From Eimeria praecox (lineage: Eukaryota): a stretch of 64,000 bases of DNA. The position numbers were made by a program, and so were the translations under genes. A model generated the notes under the pieces. That model ran no database searches, had not been told where the DNA came from, and saw only the letters and a program-made list of their open reading frames with translations. The DNA is taken from NCBI GenBank assembly GCA_963920595.1, contig OY986946.1:2480001-2544000 (forward strand), given 5' to 3'. This document shows positions 11,956-24,753 of the stretch, in pieces; position 1 is the stretch's first letter, and the number at the start of each line of letters is the position of its first letter.

Positions 11956-12893
11956 AGTTCGTCTTTAACAAATCTAAGAATTTCACCTCTGACAGTTAAA
12001 TACGAATGCCCCCAACTGTCCCTATTAATCATTACCTTGGTCCTAGAAACCAACAAAATAGAACCGAGGTCCTATCTTATTATTCCATGCTGCAGTATTC
12101 AGGGCGACAAGCCTGCTTGAAACACTCTATTTTTCTCAAAGTAAAAGTTCCAGAACACCTACCAACGCAATAAAGCGCCAGAGGCTACCAGAAATATGCC
12201 GAGGGCAAACCACGCGCACACCCATACGGGCAGCGCAGGCTGACCACGACAGAAATCCAACTACGAGCTTTTTAACTGCAACAACTCTAATATACACTAT
12301 TGGAGCTGGAATTACCGCGGCTGCTGGCACCAGACTTGCCCTCCAATTGTTACTCTGGAAGGGTTTTACATTCCCATCATTCCAATTACAAAGCATAAAA
12401 TGCCCTGTATTGTTATTTCTCGTCACTACCTCGAAACTGTTTTCATTGGGTAATTTGCGCGCCTGCTGCCTTCCTTAGATGTGGTAGCCGTTTCTCAGGC
12501 TCCCTCTCCGGAATCGAACCCTAATTCCCCGTTACCCGTCACTGCCACGGTAGGCCAATACCCTACCGTCGAAAGCTGATAGGTCAGAAACTTGAATGAT
12601 CCATCGCGGGCCCGAAAGCCAACTGCGATCCGTTCGGTTACTATGAATCACCATGACTCCACAAAAGTGGGTTGGTTTTGTATCTAATAAACACAGCCCC
12701 TCCACAGAAGGTAGCTTTTGCGCATGTATTAGCCATAGAATTACCATGGTTATCCATGTAAAAAAGACCATCAAATAAACTATAACTGTTTTAATGAGCC
12801 ATTCGCAGTTTCACCGTATAAAAGCTTATACTTAGACATGCATGGCTTAATCTTTGAGACAAGCATATGACTACTGGCAGGATCAACCAGGTT
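11099..12893 (-). rRNA. 18S (SSU) rRNA
   Basis: 5' AACCTGGTTGATCCTGCCAGTAGTC and 3' GTAGGTGAACCTGCGGAAGGATCA, with GTGCCAGCAGCCGCGGTAA internally. The sequence is coccidian-type. Confidence 0.98.
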
Positions 12894-15800
12894 GCTATCG
12901 TTGTTTCCGCTCGAACGCCATCTTTACTCACCATTCTCGAAGGCTATATAAACTGCCTGGTTCATTTGCCATCAAGCCCATCAGCCCCATCCCACATTAT
13001 CTGCATGCGTGATAAGGCAATCTACTTGGCGGCAAAACGAAATACAGCATATTCACCTTCTTGAACAAAGGCAAGCAAAATATAGGTTCACAAGCAGAAC
13101 AAATATTTGCCACCTCATTGTCCTATTTAACGCTCAAAGACAGAAGAAAGGAGAAACAAACGAAACAAACCATTCTGGTTTCATACGTGCGCTCTCCCTC
13201 TCCTCCTTAAAGCGATTATGACAAATTGATGGATTTTGGGACGCCCTGCCTCTGTATCCTCCGAGTAAACGTGCAGGCGAAAACCCCACAAATGCTCGAA
13301 AACGAAAACAGAGTCATGATATCCCAAACACATTCAACAGCACCCTCACCGCTACGAGAGCTATACCACAGTTCGTCTTAATACCATCGAACTCTGTTGG
13401 ATTTACCACCCATCGCCAAGGCGCCGTGGCTATAAAACCACACAAACACGCCGGCAATCTGGTACAGCAATCAACACAAGTCCTAAGGCAACAAGCTGTG
13501 TCCTTCTAGCGCCCCAACTAGCCTCTTGGATGTGGCATTCCCGTCCATTTCAAAGAAAAAACAGGAACTACCAGCACCTCCTCTAAGACCATTCGTAGCG
13601 CTCTAACTTCAATTTCTCAAATATTCCGCATAACATACCAATACAACACCCCACAATTATGCCACCAAACAGCAGCTGCTTTGGGGGATCCACTTCCAGA
13701 CGCTTAACGCATCCGTCCAGAAACTCCCCAACTCATATTATATTCCTTTCACACCAGCCTTGCAACGTGCGAGCCTCCCTGGCGCACAGGTGAAGCATCC
13801 ACGTTAACAAGGCCTCCTGTCCTCCAACAGCGAAACCAAATAGGTTCGCGGACGTCGTAGCGCAGACAGCAGCAGCAATGCAAAAAGCTTGAAGCAATAC
13901 ATGAGGCACCAGCAATTTGCCCCCAGCATCGTTCAAGCTTCGCGCCCGATTTTGGCCACTCAGCAACAGGCTACCGAGTTATGTTATGGCAACAAACTGC
14001 CATAAGCACATCTCTTCAAACCTTTGCTTCCGCCTCCAAAGCGGGCCACCACTACTTTACACGCAACACGACCAACCGCTCCTCCATCGCAGCTTTCGCA
14101 TGAACTGCCATCCGATGGAAGTTGGCGCCTCACACAACCAACGAACGACCAACACCACAGCCTCCCACCTCTCATCTCAATGTGCCAAGAGCCCGTGCGC
14201 AGCAGCTCACCTGCTTTCTTGTAGTACCCAGCCCAAGGTGCCACATTGGCTTCCGACAAAACATTTTATAAAGACGCCCGATGCTCCTTTGGTGCATCCT
14301 TAATCCAGTGCTACTGAAATATTCTATTCTGCCGCGCCGGACTATCATGCTTTGCAAGTCGCCGCCGAAACCCCCTCTGCCAAGCAGGGCCACTGATTAC
14401 TTTAAGGTGGGCTACCTTCAAGTAATCGGTGCTCAACAAATCGGTGGCTCAGAGGTCCACACTGGTCTAAACGTTGACGGAATATTGAGGTCAAAACAAA
14501 ACTTCCAAGGTGGTAAAGCGCAACACAAACACAGTCTCTTAGCTACATCGAAGCCGGCCAAGCCAAACCATTAAGATGGCTTCACTTGGAACGGAAGGAG
14601 AGAAACTTGCCAAGCTCCTACCCAGATTGCTGGCATAACAATGGAAACTTCAGCGGAATTTAATTTCAAAGTTAGCAAAGGATATTGATATGTAACAAAG
14701 GGTTTGCTGGCAGTCCCAGGTCATTGCTGCAGCAATCCTTGCCCACGTTTCACCAAAATCAGTTTGGGTAGATGATGATCAATTATTTCCTCCGACTGAT
14801 GCTGCTCACCTACTCATATTGGAACAACACCAACTACCAGCATACGTTCGCCGCCGCTGTAGGCTTGTGATTCTTCCTCCCTGTGTCCTATCTTCTTTGT
14901 ATTCCCTTGTCTTAGTACAGAGAATTTGGTTTACGGCTGCTTGCCTGGATGGAGCTTCGAAGAATGTGAAGGGGCCCACGACAAGATGAAAATCCCGCTT
15001 TGAGCCTTATTAAAAAATAAAGTTACATGGAACAAACAATGTAAGGTTACTGCCACTCAGGAAGGGGACCTTGCCTTTCAGGGCATTCCCGCGACACAGA
15101 TTCTACACAAAACAACTTCTTAGCACAAGTTAGAGCTCAGGCGTTTTGTAGATATCTTTGTAGGCTTCCGGAGATGGAAGCTGTCTGTACCGACTTAAGA
15201 GCAACAAAGCCGTTGCATATGGTGTTGGCGTGCATGGCTTTCACAGGGAGCAAGGGGGGTGTAGGCGTATGCCATACAAAATGATGGGCCTGTGCAGCTT
15301 GCAGCATATCAAGATACTTGAGGATGCCGTGCTCCTGTTGTAATTGGGGAACTTTTCTGCCGGTGCTGGTGCTGCCGCTGCTGTTGCTATAGCCATTAAA
15401 GCAGATATTGTTGTGTCTTCTGATACTGCAGCTACTATGTTTGTTACTTTTGATGCTATTGAAGATTCTCTTGCTCCTGCTCAACCTGCGGAAGCTGCTT
15501 AACCGGCTACAACTGCTGCTCTTGGTTATTTGTGGAATTTGAAATTGTGTGGACCTCATTTCTGCATGCACGGACAAAGAAGGGGCGGCCTGTTGCTTTT
15601 TCTGTTGTTTCCTTGTGGGTTTGTTTTGTGTGTTGTGTGTGCATTGCTGACATCTTTTGTCATTTTCTTTCACTCGGTTCCTTGTCTTGTTGTTTGCCTA
15701 CTTCTCGTGCTTTTATCTCACAGGCACGTCGTGCTCTCCACCTCACAGCGGCGGTCCTCCTTAATAGGCATGCCCGTTGGCTCCCTGGATGGCTTGCAGC

Positions 15801-17555
15801 AGCATGCTGCGGCTGCTGCTGGTGCTGCAGATTTAGCATTAGTTGCTGCTGCTGCTGCTACGACAGCAGCAGCACCACCAACCAGCATCGGGTCAACAGC
15901 AAGGTGCCCATGATGGCTTTGGGCGAGACGTACAGTGGAAAATTCAGCTGAGTAGCCCCAGGAAACAAAACGCCGGATGGATCGCAACCCAGCATTGAGG
16001 TGTTAGTTCAAACGCCATACGAAATCGGCGCTAGAGCAATAGAATCGGTAGCTCTTGAAGCGTAGAAGCGCATGTTTTGGTGCTTGTGGAGTCATCATTC
16101 TCTAGACCCCAAAACCAACTTGCTGCCCTGAAGCAGATGAAACACCCACAAAATCAGTAATGAGCACAGCATCAGCAGGAAATAAGCCTTCCCCAGCAAC
16201 ATCAACAGCAACATATTCTCGGACAGCTACGTCACACTGCGACTTTTCCAGGCTTTCTGGCTTTCCCCTGCGGCCGTCTGTTGCTACGTTCCTCTCTGCC
16301 ATTCCTCTAAGTACGCTTTCCTGCTACTGCTGGTAATTTTGCTGTTGTTGCAGTGGCTCAAATGGCGGTTTTGGCTCGTGCTTTGCTGTGGCGTTTTTTG
16401 CGCCGCAAGGTCAGATGCACTTCCACATTTTCTATGCATTACATTGCCATTGCGGTATCATGCCTTCTGCCCCATATTTTTGTTTTGCTTTGCTACTGCT
16501 GCCACGACGACTCTGACTACTGCTCTTGATGCTGCCCCCCTTTTCTGCTGCTGCAGACGCTTTCGGTGGGTGGCCATAAGGAACGAAGCGTATGACGGCT
16601 TGTGATTCGCTTTTACACCTTCACTCTTTCTCCTATCACCAGCAGCCGTCACGTTTTTCTTGTGCAGCAGCATACGCAGCAGCAGTCAAAGCAACAATAA
16701 CCTTGTACCAGTGACGAACTCCATGCAGGCACTGCTGCTGCAGGGAAGGAAAGCCCCGTTGACTTGCTTCAGTGCCTCTGGAGGTCATGCCCCCTTTGCA
16801 GCTTCCTGGCCCTTGACCTATCTGAGTACCGCTCCTGCTGCAAACCCTCTTGCTGCAGAACCTGGTGCAGTGTAGATGGGGCTGCTATTACTACAGATGC
16901 GCGTCAACGTGGCCTGCAGGACAAACAGGGGAACCAGAAACCTTGAGTCCTCCTGTCCTTGTATTGCTTTGGTTGGCCTTGGGCGTGTTGGTTCAAACGC
17001 CTTGGCACCGGCCCTTGTCAGCTGTAGCAGCAGCATCTACAGGTGAGCTGCCTGCTTTTTTATCAATGGGGAGTTGCAGCAGCAGTGATATCTGTGGCCA
17101 TGTATTCTTCTGGCATGCCTCCTTAGCGTCGCCCTACTTAGCATCTTTCAATATAAGCAGCAGCAAGGGCAGCAGCTGCTGCTGCAACGGCAAGGTGGAG
17201 ACGGATTTGTGGAATCAAATGGGAAGACAGGCCCCCTTCTGTTTGTTCGACCTCAGCTGCGTCATCCTGCTGTGGCGCGAATGGGTTGCCTGATGCCGCT
17301 AGTGTCGCTGCAGTTGCTGCTGCGAAAGCCAGCGCTTTTCCCTTTCTGACATCGCCTGTCTCGGCAAAACTCTCTTCTCTGACGGCTGCTGCGTACAGCC
17401 TTGCTGCCAATGGCACCTGTTTTGGGGGAGTCTTCAAACAACACCGCGCTGCTGGCGTTGTTAGCGCATTGCCAGCCGCGCAGCTGTTGGCAATGGGTGC
17501 TACACCACTTGCCACGGGTGCTGGTTGGTCGCGGGTTTTGTGAGCACCTATGCAG
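12894..17555. repeat. 5' ETS/intergenic spacer of the complete rDNA unit (copy 2; array edge)
   Basis: 13815-~17555 duplicates 1-~3670. No further rDNA lies to the right. Confidence 0.85.
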
Positions 17556-17819
17556 CTTAAGGCAGTAAAAGCAGCAACGGCAACAGCAAAGCCAGCAACA
17601 GGAAGAACAGCAACCACGAAAAGGCAAACTGCAGAAGCATCGGCAGCAGGAAATTCTTGTTTTGGGCTAGGGGTTCAGCAAAAGCAGTGAGGCACCACGA
17701 TGCAACGGGAGCTAGTTCAGTTCCCACGCACATGCTCAAGATGAATCCCATTGCTGCAGATGCTCACTCCAAAAATCTCCCTACTGCTGCTGTTGCTGCT
17801 GCAATTGCATTTGCAGAAT

Positions 17820-18322
17820 AAATATTTACTTTTAATTCCAATTTATTTATCTATTAGTCTACTTGAAGTGATATTATACTAAAGTTCGTCTCTCTGGTAG
17901 AACAATTTGTCCTTTTTGTTTTTGGCAAATACAACTTTTAAAAGTAATAATTTAGCAAGAGGTGTAGTAGTTTTAGCAGGTGCCAGTCCCCTAACATTGT
18001 AATTAATCTTAGCGGAGACTTGTGTTATTGATAAACTGTCGCTCGGATTTTCCCATTGTAGCCATTTAGCCATCCTTTTCCCCCAGATACTTAACGGGTT
18101 AGCTAAGGAATAGAATATAGTAAGTACTTTTCTCGAGTATCCATCGTTTACACTTAAGACTACTGGGGTATCTAATGCCATTTGCTGGCTTAACTTTCGT
18201 ATCTCAGTGTCTGCCACGTGAATGAAGACAGCTTATTATAGTTGTAAACTTCTTTTGCTTAAAAGTGAATATTGACACTTCAGTAAATCAAGTAGCGGCA
18301 AACGCCGTGCCAGCGGATGCAG
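17820..18322. pseudogene. Nuclear insertion of apicoplast (plastid-type) DNA: a mosaic of LSU and SSU rRNA fragments
   Basis: 17976-18062 (-) resembles plastid 23S GCGACTGTTTAxCAAAAACACAGGTCTCCGC...GGGGCTGACGCCTGC. 18081-18211 (-) resembles 16S ATTAGATACCCCAGTAGTC...GTAAACGATG...GCTAACxCGTTAAGT. 18212-18322 (+) resembles 16S GCCACGTGAATGAAGA...GTTGTAAAC...CCGTGCCAGC. An AT-rich flank spans 17820-17975. Confidence 0.85.
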
Positions 18323-19699
18323 AATAGCTTAGATGGAAGAGCATCTGGCTCCTATAATACCAGATCACCGACCAGAATAGCGTGGGTTCAATTTCCTCCT
18401 GGTTTTTACATATTAAAAGCGGAGTACTTTCTTGTGTAGTGCGGAAGAGATCAACAGGTGTTCTGATGGAAAGTTTTTGGCTTCCCGACAAGAAACCGTT
18501 CTGCTGATACTCGAGGGGGGATTCGTAAGTAGAAGTCCTGAACGCTTCCTTTACTTCTAGGGTATCACCTCCATTTTGGCTTCTTAGCCAGCTATAGAAC
18601 TGCAAATGCCTTGAAAGCAGCCCTCTCCGACACCGTCACCTCACTGCAGCTTGCTCGAGATCTTCTGGCCAACACTCGCACACGAGGTGAAGGTGACCGT
18701 CTTGGAAGATGGGGGAAAGGGAGTTCCGTCCTTTTAGAAAAGGGGGTTGTCAGGGGAAAATCATAGGCTTTCTAATGCGTATATCTTTGTCGGTAATGAT
18801 CAGCGAGCAAACTGCATCTAGGCATCCAGTAGAGGAATATTTGGAATATTTTAGAGCGCAGCACAACACTGTTGAACCGGAAGGTCATATCGAGAGGTAA
18901 GCACTTAGCGCAGCCTACACGCATGTATTATACGAAGAAAAGCAATTTCAACAAGGAGGCCATAGTTCATAACTGTTCCGCCCTACGGAATGGGCCTTGG
19001 ATGAGCAATGCATGGGCCATTGGTTAAGGCTGGCACGGACGCGAAAGAGGTAACGGTGATCAGCGCATCGGCGAAAGAAAATGGGTCTCTCCAGAAAGAG
19101 AGGCTAAGTTATTCTAGAACGAATCTTTGTGATTTTCAAGCTCTGAACCCGTGGCGTTCCGGATACAGACCGGAATTTCTCGGTCGCATGAAGGAGCCAC
19201 TCATGGCTCGCTGCTGCGATTACGTGTGGACCAGTGCGCCTCACTGCTAGATTTGCTCCAAATCATAGCGTTAAAACCCTCTAATTTACCATATTCTTGC
19301 GTGCTACCGGTCTGCTGCATTAGGCATAGGCGTATCAGCACGGGACCGTACAAGTTGGTCGCCTTGTCGATTTGTGGACATTGTCAGCGCCATGGGTTTG
19401 GCTGCCTATATGACCCGTTCGTTGCTTAGGTGCTTCCAAAGGATCGAGGGGAACGTTTTTTTTGTTCTGTTCAAGGATCTCCGCCCTAGGTTCGGAGATG
19501 GGATGCCGGAACAGCCAGTGAATGTAGTGCGCCAGCGTAGTCACTGCTGTAGTGAGCAGCGCTCTTAGCTGCCACTATGTATCAGCACTATACGCAGGTA
19601 ACAGATGTGCATTCCACAGTCTCTATGTTGCACTCAGCTGATATTGCATAGACTACGCAAAAATGGTCTAAGAACAGTTTTTAAAAGATATTCGAAATC

Positions 19700-22600
19700 C
19701 ATCACCCTAGAAGGAGAGTCAAGAATGATAGCCTCTGTGACCTCTCAGTGTTAGCTACCGTGTCAGCCTCGCGTCCAGCCTCACCCTTGTGGAGTCCGGC
19801 ACTCTTAGCCTGACGGCCTAAATTCCTATTAGCATTGGAACCCCACTGGCGGTGTGAGTCTCCTGGCCGTACAATGTAGTGTCTCATTTTCCTGTGGGAG
19901 CAGCAGACCCCTAGGCGTATGCCCAGGATCTTAGCTACCTCCACTCAGCACCTCCGCTTCCATATCTTGGGGAATTTTCAAAGAAGCTTCTGCATTTCCC
20001 TAAGCCGGCTGGGAACTCTAACTTTAGTGATTTGGTGGTATCTTCACGCTGGGAGTATTTTTACTAGGTAATCCCACGCGATAACCAGAAAACGAAAGGT
20101 GAACTTTCTCCTCCGCCTTTCAAGCAGGACGAGAATTGGCTGACACCGCGTCGGCCAGGCGAAGTCGGTCAGACTGAAAGTTGCTGCCGAATGCCGTTCT
20201 TCGCAGCGTTTTTTCCAGAGATTTTTTGCCTTCTTCAGGCATTCATACACTTCTGCGAGTTGCCTATGGAAACTGGCGCTTGCAAGCGCATAGGACCTGC
20301 TTCCAACTGCCAGGCCTTCGGGTCAGTCAACGGTGCTTCAGAGTGTATTTTGGATGCCGAAGAGCAACTGATCAAAGACTACACTTTCTCACAGCAAACG
20401 GTTCCGTATAAGGGAGGAAACCAAGCACTTTGGCACAATTTGGAGATATAGCAGCAAACTTTGCATGACCTTGGTCTGATGCATTCAGCTTGACCTCCAA
20501 GTGATTCGAAGCGGTCATGCTGCAGTTGATAGTTAGCTGCTTCATGAATTGGCGCCAGCACGCAGTCAGCGACTTCTGGTCCCTGTCAATAATGACAGAT
20601 TTCCGGAAGCTACGAAGCTCCCAACATATGAATGAATAATTGGATCACTCCCGCTGCTGTTGTAGTGCACAGGCACTAAAATGAATCTCTGGAGAGGCCT
20701 CTAGAGGCCTAATATTATGAAAAGGAATGAACACTATAGAAGATTTCACGGATTAGGACACTTCAGTTAGAAAGGCAGCTTAATAGGATCAGAGTGCTCG
20801 CCAGCCGGCACCAGCTTGGGGCTGGGTGTGAGGCTGTTGCTGTGACTCTTGTCCTGGCCCTCAGCGAGGGTCGAGCATCAGTTCTATTATTCTGGCTTTT
20901 CCTTGGGGAACAATAATAGGAGCTCGATCATATATTTGGTTGTTAACGGTGTTTATTAGTGGCTTCAGCGAGAATCATAGGTTTAAGAGCGAGATAGTAG
21001 CGTGTGCACCTATTCTATCTAACCTAGGGATCTATCGTAGTAACAGTGTAGGCCAGCTGTTCACTACAGCTGCACCTAAACTTGAATAGGGAATGAGGTG
21101 GGTATGCTTGCAGAATCAAACAAGTTGTTTGTCTTTCTTAAGTAGTTCCGTTATAAGGGCGGAAATGAGAGCGAATCCAAAAGTAAAGTTGCGGTAGTGC
21201 CATGCGAGACTAAGTTGCTGGGTCTCGCATCGCAACGTCCATGGGAGTGTACAGCGGTAGTGGCCACATGCATATTGCTTCTATCTTCGCCAAGTGTGAT
21301 GCGACTCCTGATGCAGAGAGACGAAACCCTAAGAAACTGATTGTTTGCGTGAAAGACGAACGCAGACGTGCTATGATGAATCACTGCTTCTCACTTACAA
21401 GTTGCAAAGTACGCGGCAGGTGCTTAAGTGATCGTGCACCTTTCCGCTGGACGCAAGAACACCGTTTACGTATATAGCCATCCTTCCCTTATTGTTTGAT
21501 CTCAAAGGTCGTAATTGGCTCACCAGTGCAATTCAGCGGATGCAAGCACGAAAAAAAAGGGCATTCGAGGTACTACAGTGTGCGCGAGCGGGTTTCGAAT
21601 GCAATATTGGGCCTATTAACGATGGCTATCGACGAATACGTTAGAATCTGCGAAACTGCGTCGGCGAAGTAAAGCGACGAATAGACTTGTAAACGCTGCA
21701 GACGATATTTCGCCACTCCTGTGCGTCCGAAACTTCCTTGACGCAGTGATTTTGTTGAGACGCCTTAAGCTGGCGTACATGCTCTATCTCTCCACCTTTT
21801 TCTTCGCCAGGATCGTGTCACTAGTTGACGGTTGGATCTTACCTGCCTTCAGTGCCTTCAGCAGCTCTTTTGCGTGCCGGTCGATTTCCCCTTCAAGCTG
21901 CGGACATCGTCAGTCTCTTCGGGTAAAGGTAGAGGTTACTCGGTTTAATGCGGTGCATTGAGCATCTACCAGGTGGTCGCCCCAATGAATACTCATTTTT
22001 ATTGAGTACTTCGGAGGACTACTCCTGCAATTTTGCCCACTTCTGCTGCCCCTCTGATGCTAACTGACCCGAACTCCCGTAAACTACTGTCTTCGTAGCG
22101 TTATCGAAATGGACTGAGGGCATGTCTCCATCGTTTCTTGTAGGGCTTCTGCTTTACGTAGGAGTCTGCCCTTTCCTTTCTTTTTATGATATTGATTCCA
22201 CTCGATACAGTGCTGTTTCGAACCCTGGGAGGAGCAATCTTTCATCTTTTCCTGCCATGGATACCTCCTCAATATCGTTTTGGTGCCGCAAGCGCGCGCT
22301 CCACTGAGTCATCCACGAAATATCTAGAATCATATCGTAGTGAACTGATCCAACACAGAAGCTCGATGTCACAGTAGCATGAGTCATTTATGAGTAGAGT
22401 TTTACGCCCATAGTTTTATCGATTCTCGTATCCTTCCTGCCACCCACAAAGCGTAGTTCCAAGGGGTGTGCCAACAAATGAACTGGTAGGTTGGCCCGCC
22501 TTGCTGCTGCTTCAGGAGCCCGATCCACTTCGCAGCCTGTCAAGTACAGCTAGTAATTCCCGACCATTAATACGAACTTGAATAAGCACTGAGTTAAGTC

Positions 22601-23300
22601 GAGGATCTACTGGTGCTGCGGTCATCTGCTTCGGCCCCATCGGAGCGCCACACGCTGCGTGGAGGGCGGAGACGTTTCCGTGGTCGTTAAATTCGCTCCC
22701 CTGGCGGCTCCACTCAAAGGCCTGCTTCTCCAGTTCCCTTGCCTTTTTCATGCCTCTGCGGTCTCGAATGATGTGGCCTTTTTATTGCAAAAGAGGCAAA
22801 TACGCTGCTCGATACGTCCTCCTGGATTTCTCAGTGCCTGATCTGCTGGCTGCTGTCGGCCTTTTGCTAGGGGACTCCTTAACATCGGCGAAATCGAAAT
22901 CAACCATTTCACCGCCTATTTCCCTATCTGCCGCCGATGCGGTTACCCACTGCGGCTCTTCGCGGGACAGACCTGCATGGACCAGCTATATAGGAGATCC
23001 CTGACCCCATTAGTGCTTCTGTCAACTAATGACGGACACTTCTCAGGGCAGCGTTCTACCGGCATTTCTTCTTGCTCAGGTCTTCTGAGCTCCACCATGG
23101 CCTTTCTCTTGCACATCTTGGAATAAATCTGCATCATAGAACATGGGAAGTGTTACACTCTCCTGATGCCCCCTAGGAAAGAGGAGCCTTTGCTTAGATG
23201 TGGCTCTCATCGTTGTGCGTCCCCTCCGTAGGCTGGGTTTTGAAGACAAAGATACAAGTCGAGGGAACAAAGAAACTTCACCATTGCCAACTCGTCGAGC
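19700..23300 (-). mobile_element. Degenerate Ty3/Gypsy LTR retrotransposon with chromodomain (chromovirus), element 1
   Basis: Domains occur in order on the minus strand, with stops and frameshifts. Gag Zn-knuckle CLFCNKK/HIIRD (~22780). Protease VRINGRELLAVLD (~22560) and YDMILDISW. RT ELLKAGKIQPSTS...KKK...LRRLNKIT (~21800), IYVNGVL (decayed YxDD) and ISFLGFRLSASGV..AKIEAICMWPLP (~21300). Integrase TTTAAGVIQLF..SVIIDRD (~20600). Chromodomain EVAKILGIR..HYIVR (~19900). Confidence 0.88.
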
Positions 23301-23479
23301 CCCCCGTCATATCTGGGTTGCCGGCAGACGCTGAGGCATTATCTACTGATTGTTCTTGGTGGATATGCACGGTCTAGCACATGGAATGCAGAAAATGAGA
23401 TTGCTTCTGGTCGGCGGGGCTTCTTGCCCCCGGTTGCCTGGCCCACCCCAGGGCAAGTAATGATACGTCGTGTCTAAGC

Positions 23480-23540
23480 AAGAAGGAATGTTGTGTTTTC
23501 GACGAGGATTTTCGAAAACGAATTCTTAAGGGCTTCGGAG

Positions 23541-23608
<68 letters not shown>

Positions 23609-23965
23609 CCTCCCTGCTGCGGGCGGTGGGTCTCTGGCACCCGCTCCGATGAGTCATGAACCACTCGGCGCTGCCAGTTGTAACCAGAGTCTTCAATTTT
23701 AGTTGAATACCGTCGTGTTCTGCAGTAGAGACAACGGCATAATAAAAGAAATTGCAAATACGAGCTGCCTTCCCCTTCACCATCCAGGAGGCGCTGGGCA
23801 CAGCGGCCCATATGCACGTGGCGCAATTTCCTCTTTGTTGCATGCGCTAACCGTGTAGTGTAGACTGGTGTATAGACTACCTTTAAACACTCACTTGCTC
23901 CTTCGTAGTGAGCCTGCGAGCAAGTAGGGGTACCAATACTAACATCATGCAGACTATGCTACAGT
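23480..23965 (+). mobile_element. LTR 3' end plus leader fragment homologous to the 5' end of element 2, in opposite orientation
   Basis: Collinear matches to the reverse complement of 36470-36780: AATTCTTAA.GG, CTGCTGCGGGC, CTTTG.TGCATGCGCTA, CTTTAAACA, TAGTGAGCCTGCGAGCA and AACATCA.GCAG. Confidence 0.6.
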
Positions 23966-24753
23966 GCGGAATGGACTGGTTTGCCGTGAGCTGCCACGTA
24001 GCTTGCTACAGCTAGCTGCAAGGCAGCCGAGTGTGCACGCAAAGCCAACCCCCCTTTTGCTGCATGAGCTGGCGTTTTAGACTAGTGCATACAGTGGTTG
24101 AACACTTTGTTGGCCTACCATATATAGCCTGCCAGCAAGTGGAGATACTGGTACTAATATCACACAGACTGCTGTAGAACACTCTCAAATCACACCAGTG
24201 TTTGCTCCCATGTTGCAGAAGAAGTGCAGCCCCAGACGGATTTCTGCGTGTCATCGAAACATTTCCCAAAAATCATAATAAATCGTAGTAAATACGCCGC
24301 TACTTACACTGCAAATGAAATGTTTGTCGTTGCTTGCCGGTTCGTATTCGACTTGTCTGCTTCCTACACCAGTGGTACTGGTATAGAGGCGATTATCTTG
24401 AAGTACAAAGATGGAAGCTACCAATAAATAAACTGAATGGCATTTTCTTTAAAGGAAATCAGCCAAGTCAGACCTTTATGTCTACGTGTGGAAACGGTAA
24501 AGCCTCACATGCTCTGGCTGGGGCCCCGCACCCCACACAGCCCGGCCTTCCTTCGTTCATTTGGGTCAGGCACTCAGCCAGTGATTTCTGATCTGCCCTC
24601 TGAGCGTGATATTGGCGGAAATTTCGGTATTTTGAATCGAGTTTAGGCTGCTTCGACTTTTACAGGGCCTTGGTGCCCGCAGAACTTTGGCTGCCGCTGC
24701 TCCCGCTGACGGTCGGGCGTTTCCCTTTCTTCTTCTGGAGATTGAGCGTGACA

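Noticed and set aside
6435..13064. ORFs overlapping the rRNA genes and ITS
   Set aside because: Chance ORFs in structural RNA.
17879..18217. 112-aa minus-strand ORF
   Set aside because: It is a translation of plastid rRNA fragments.
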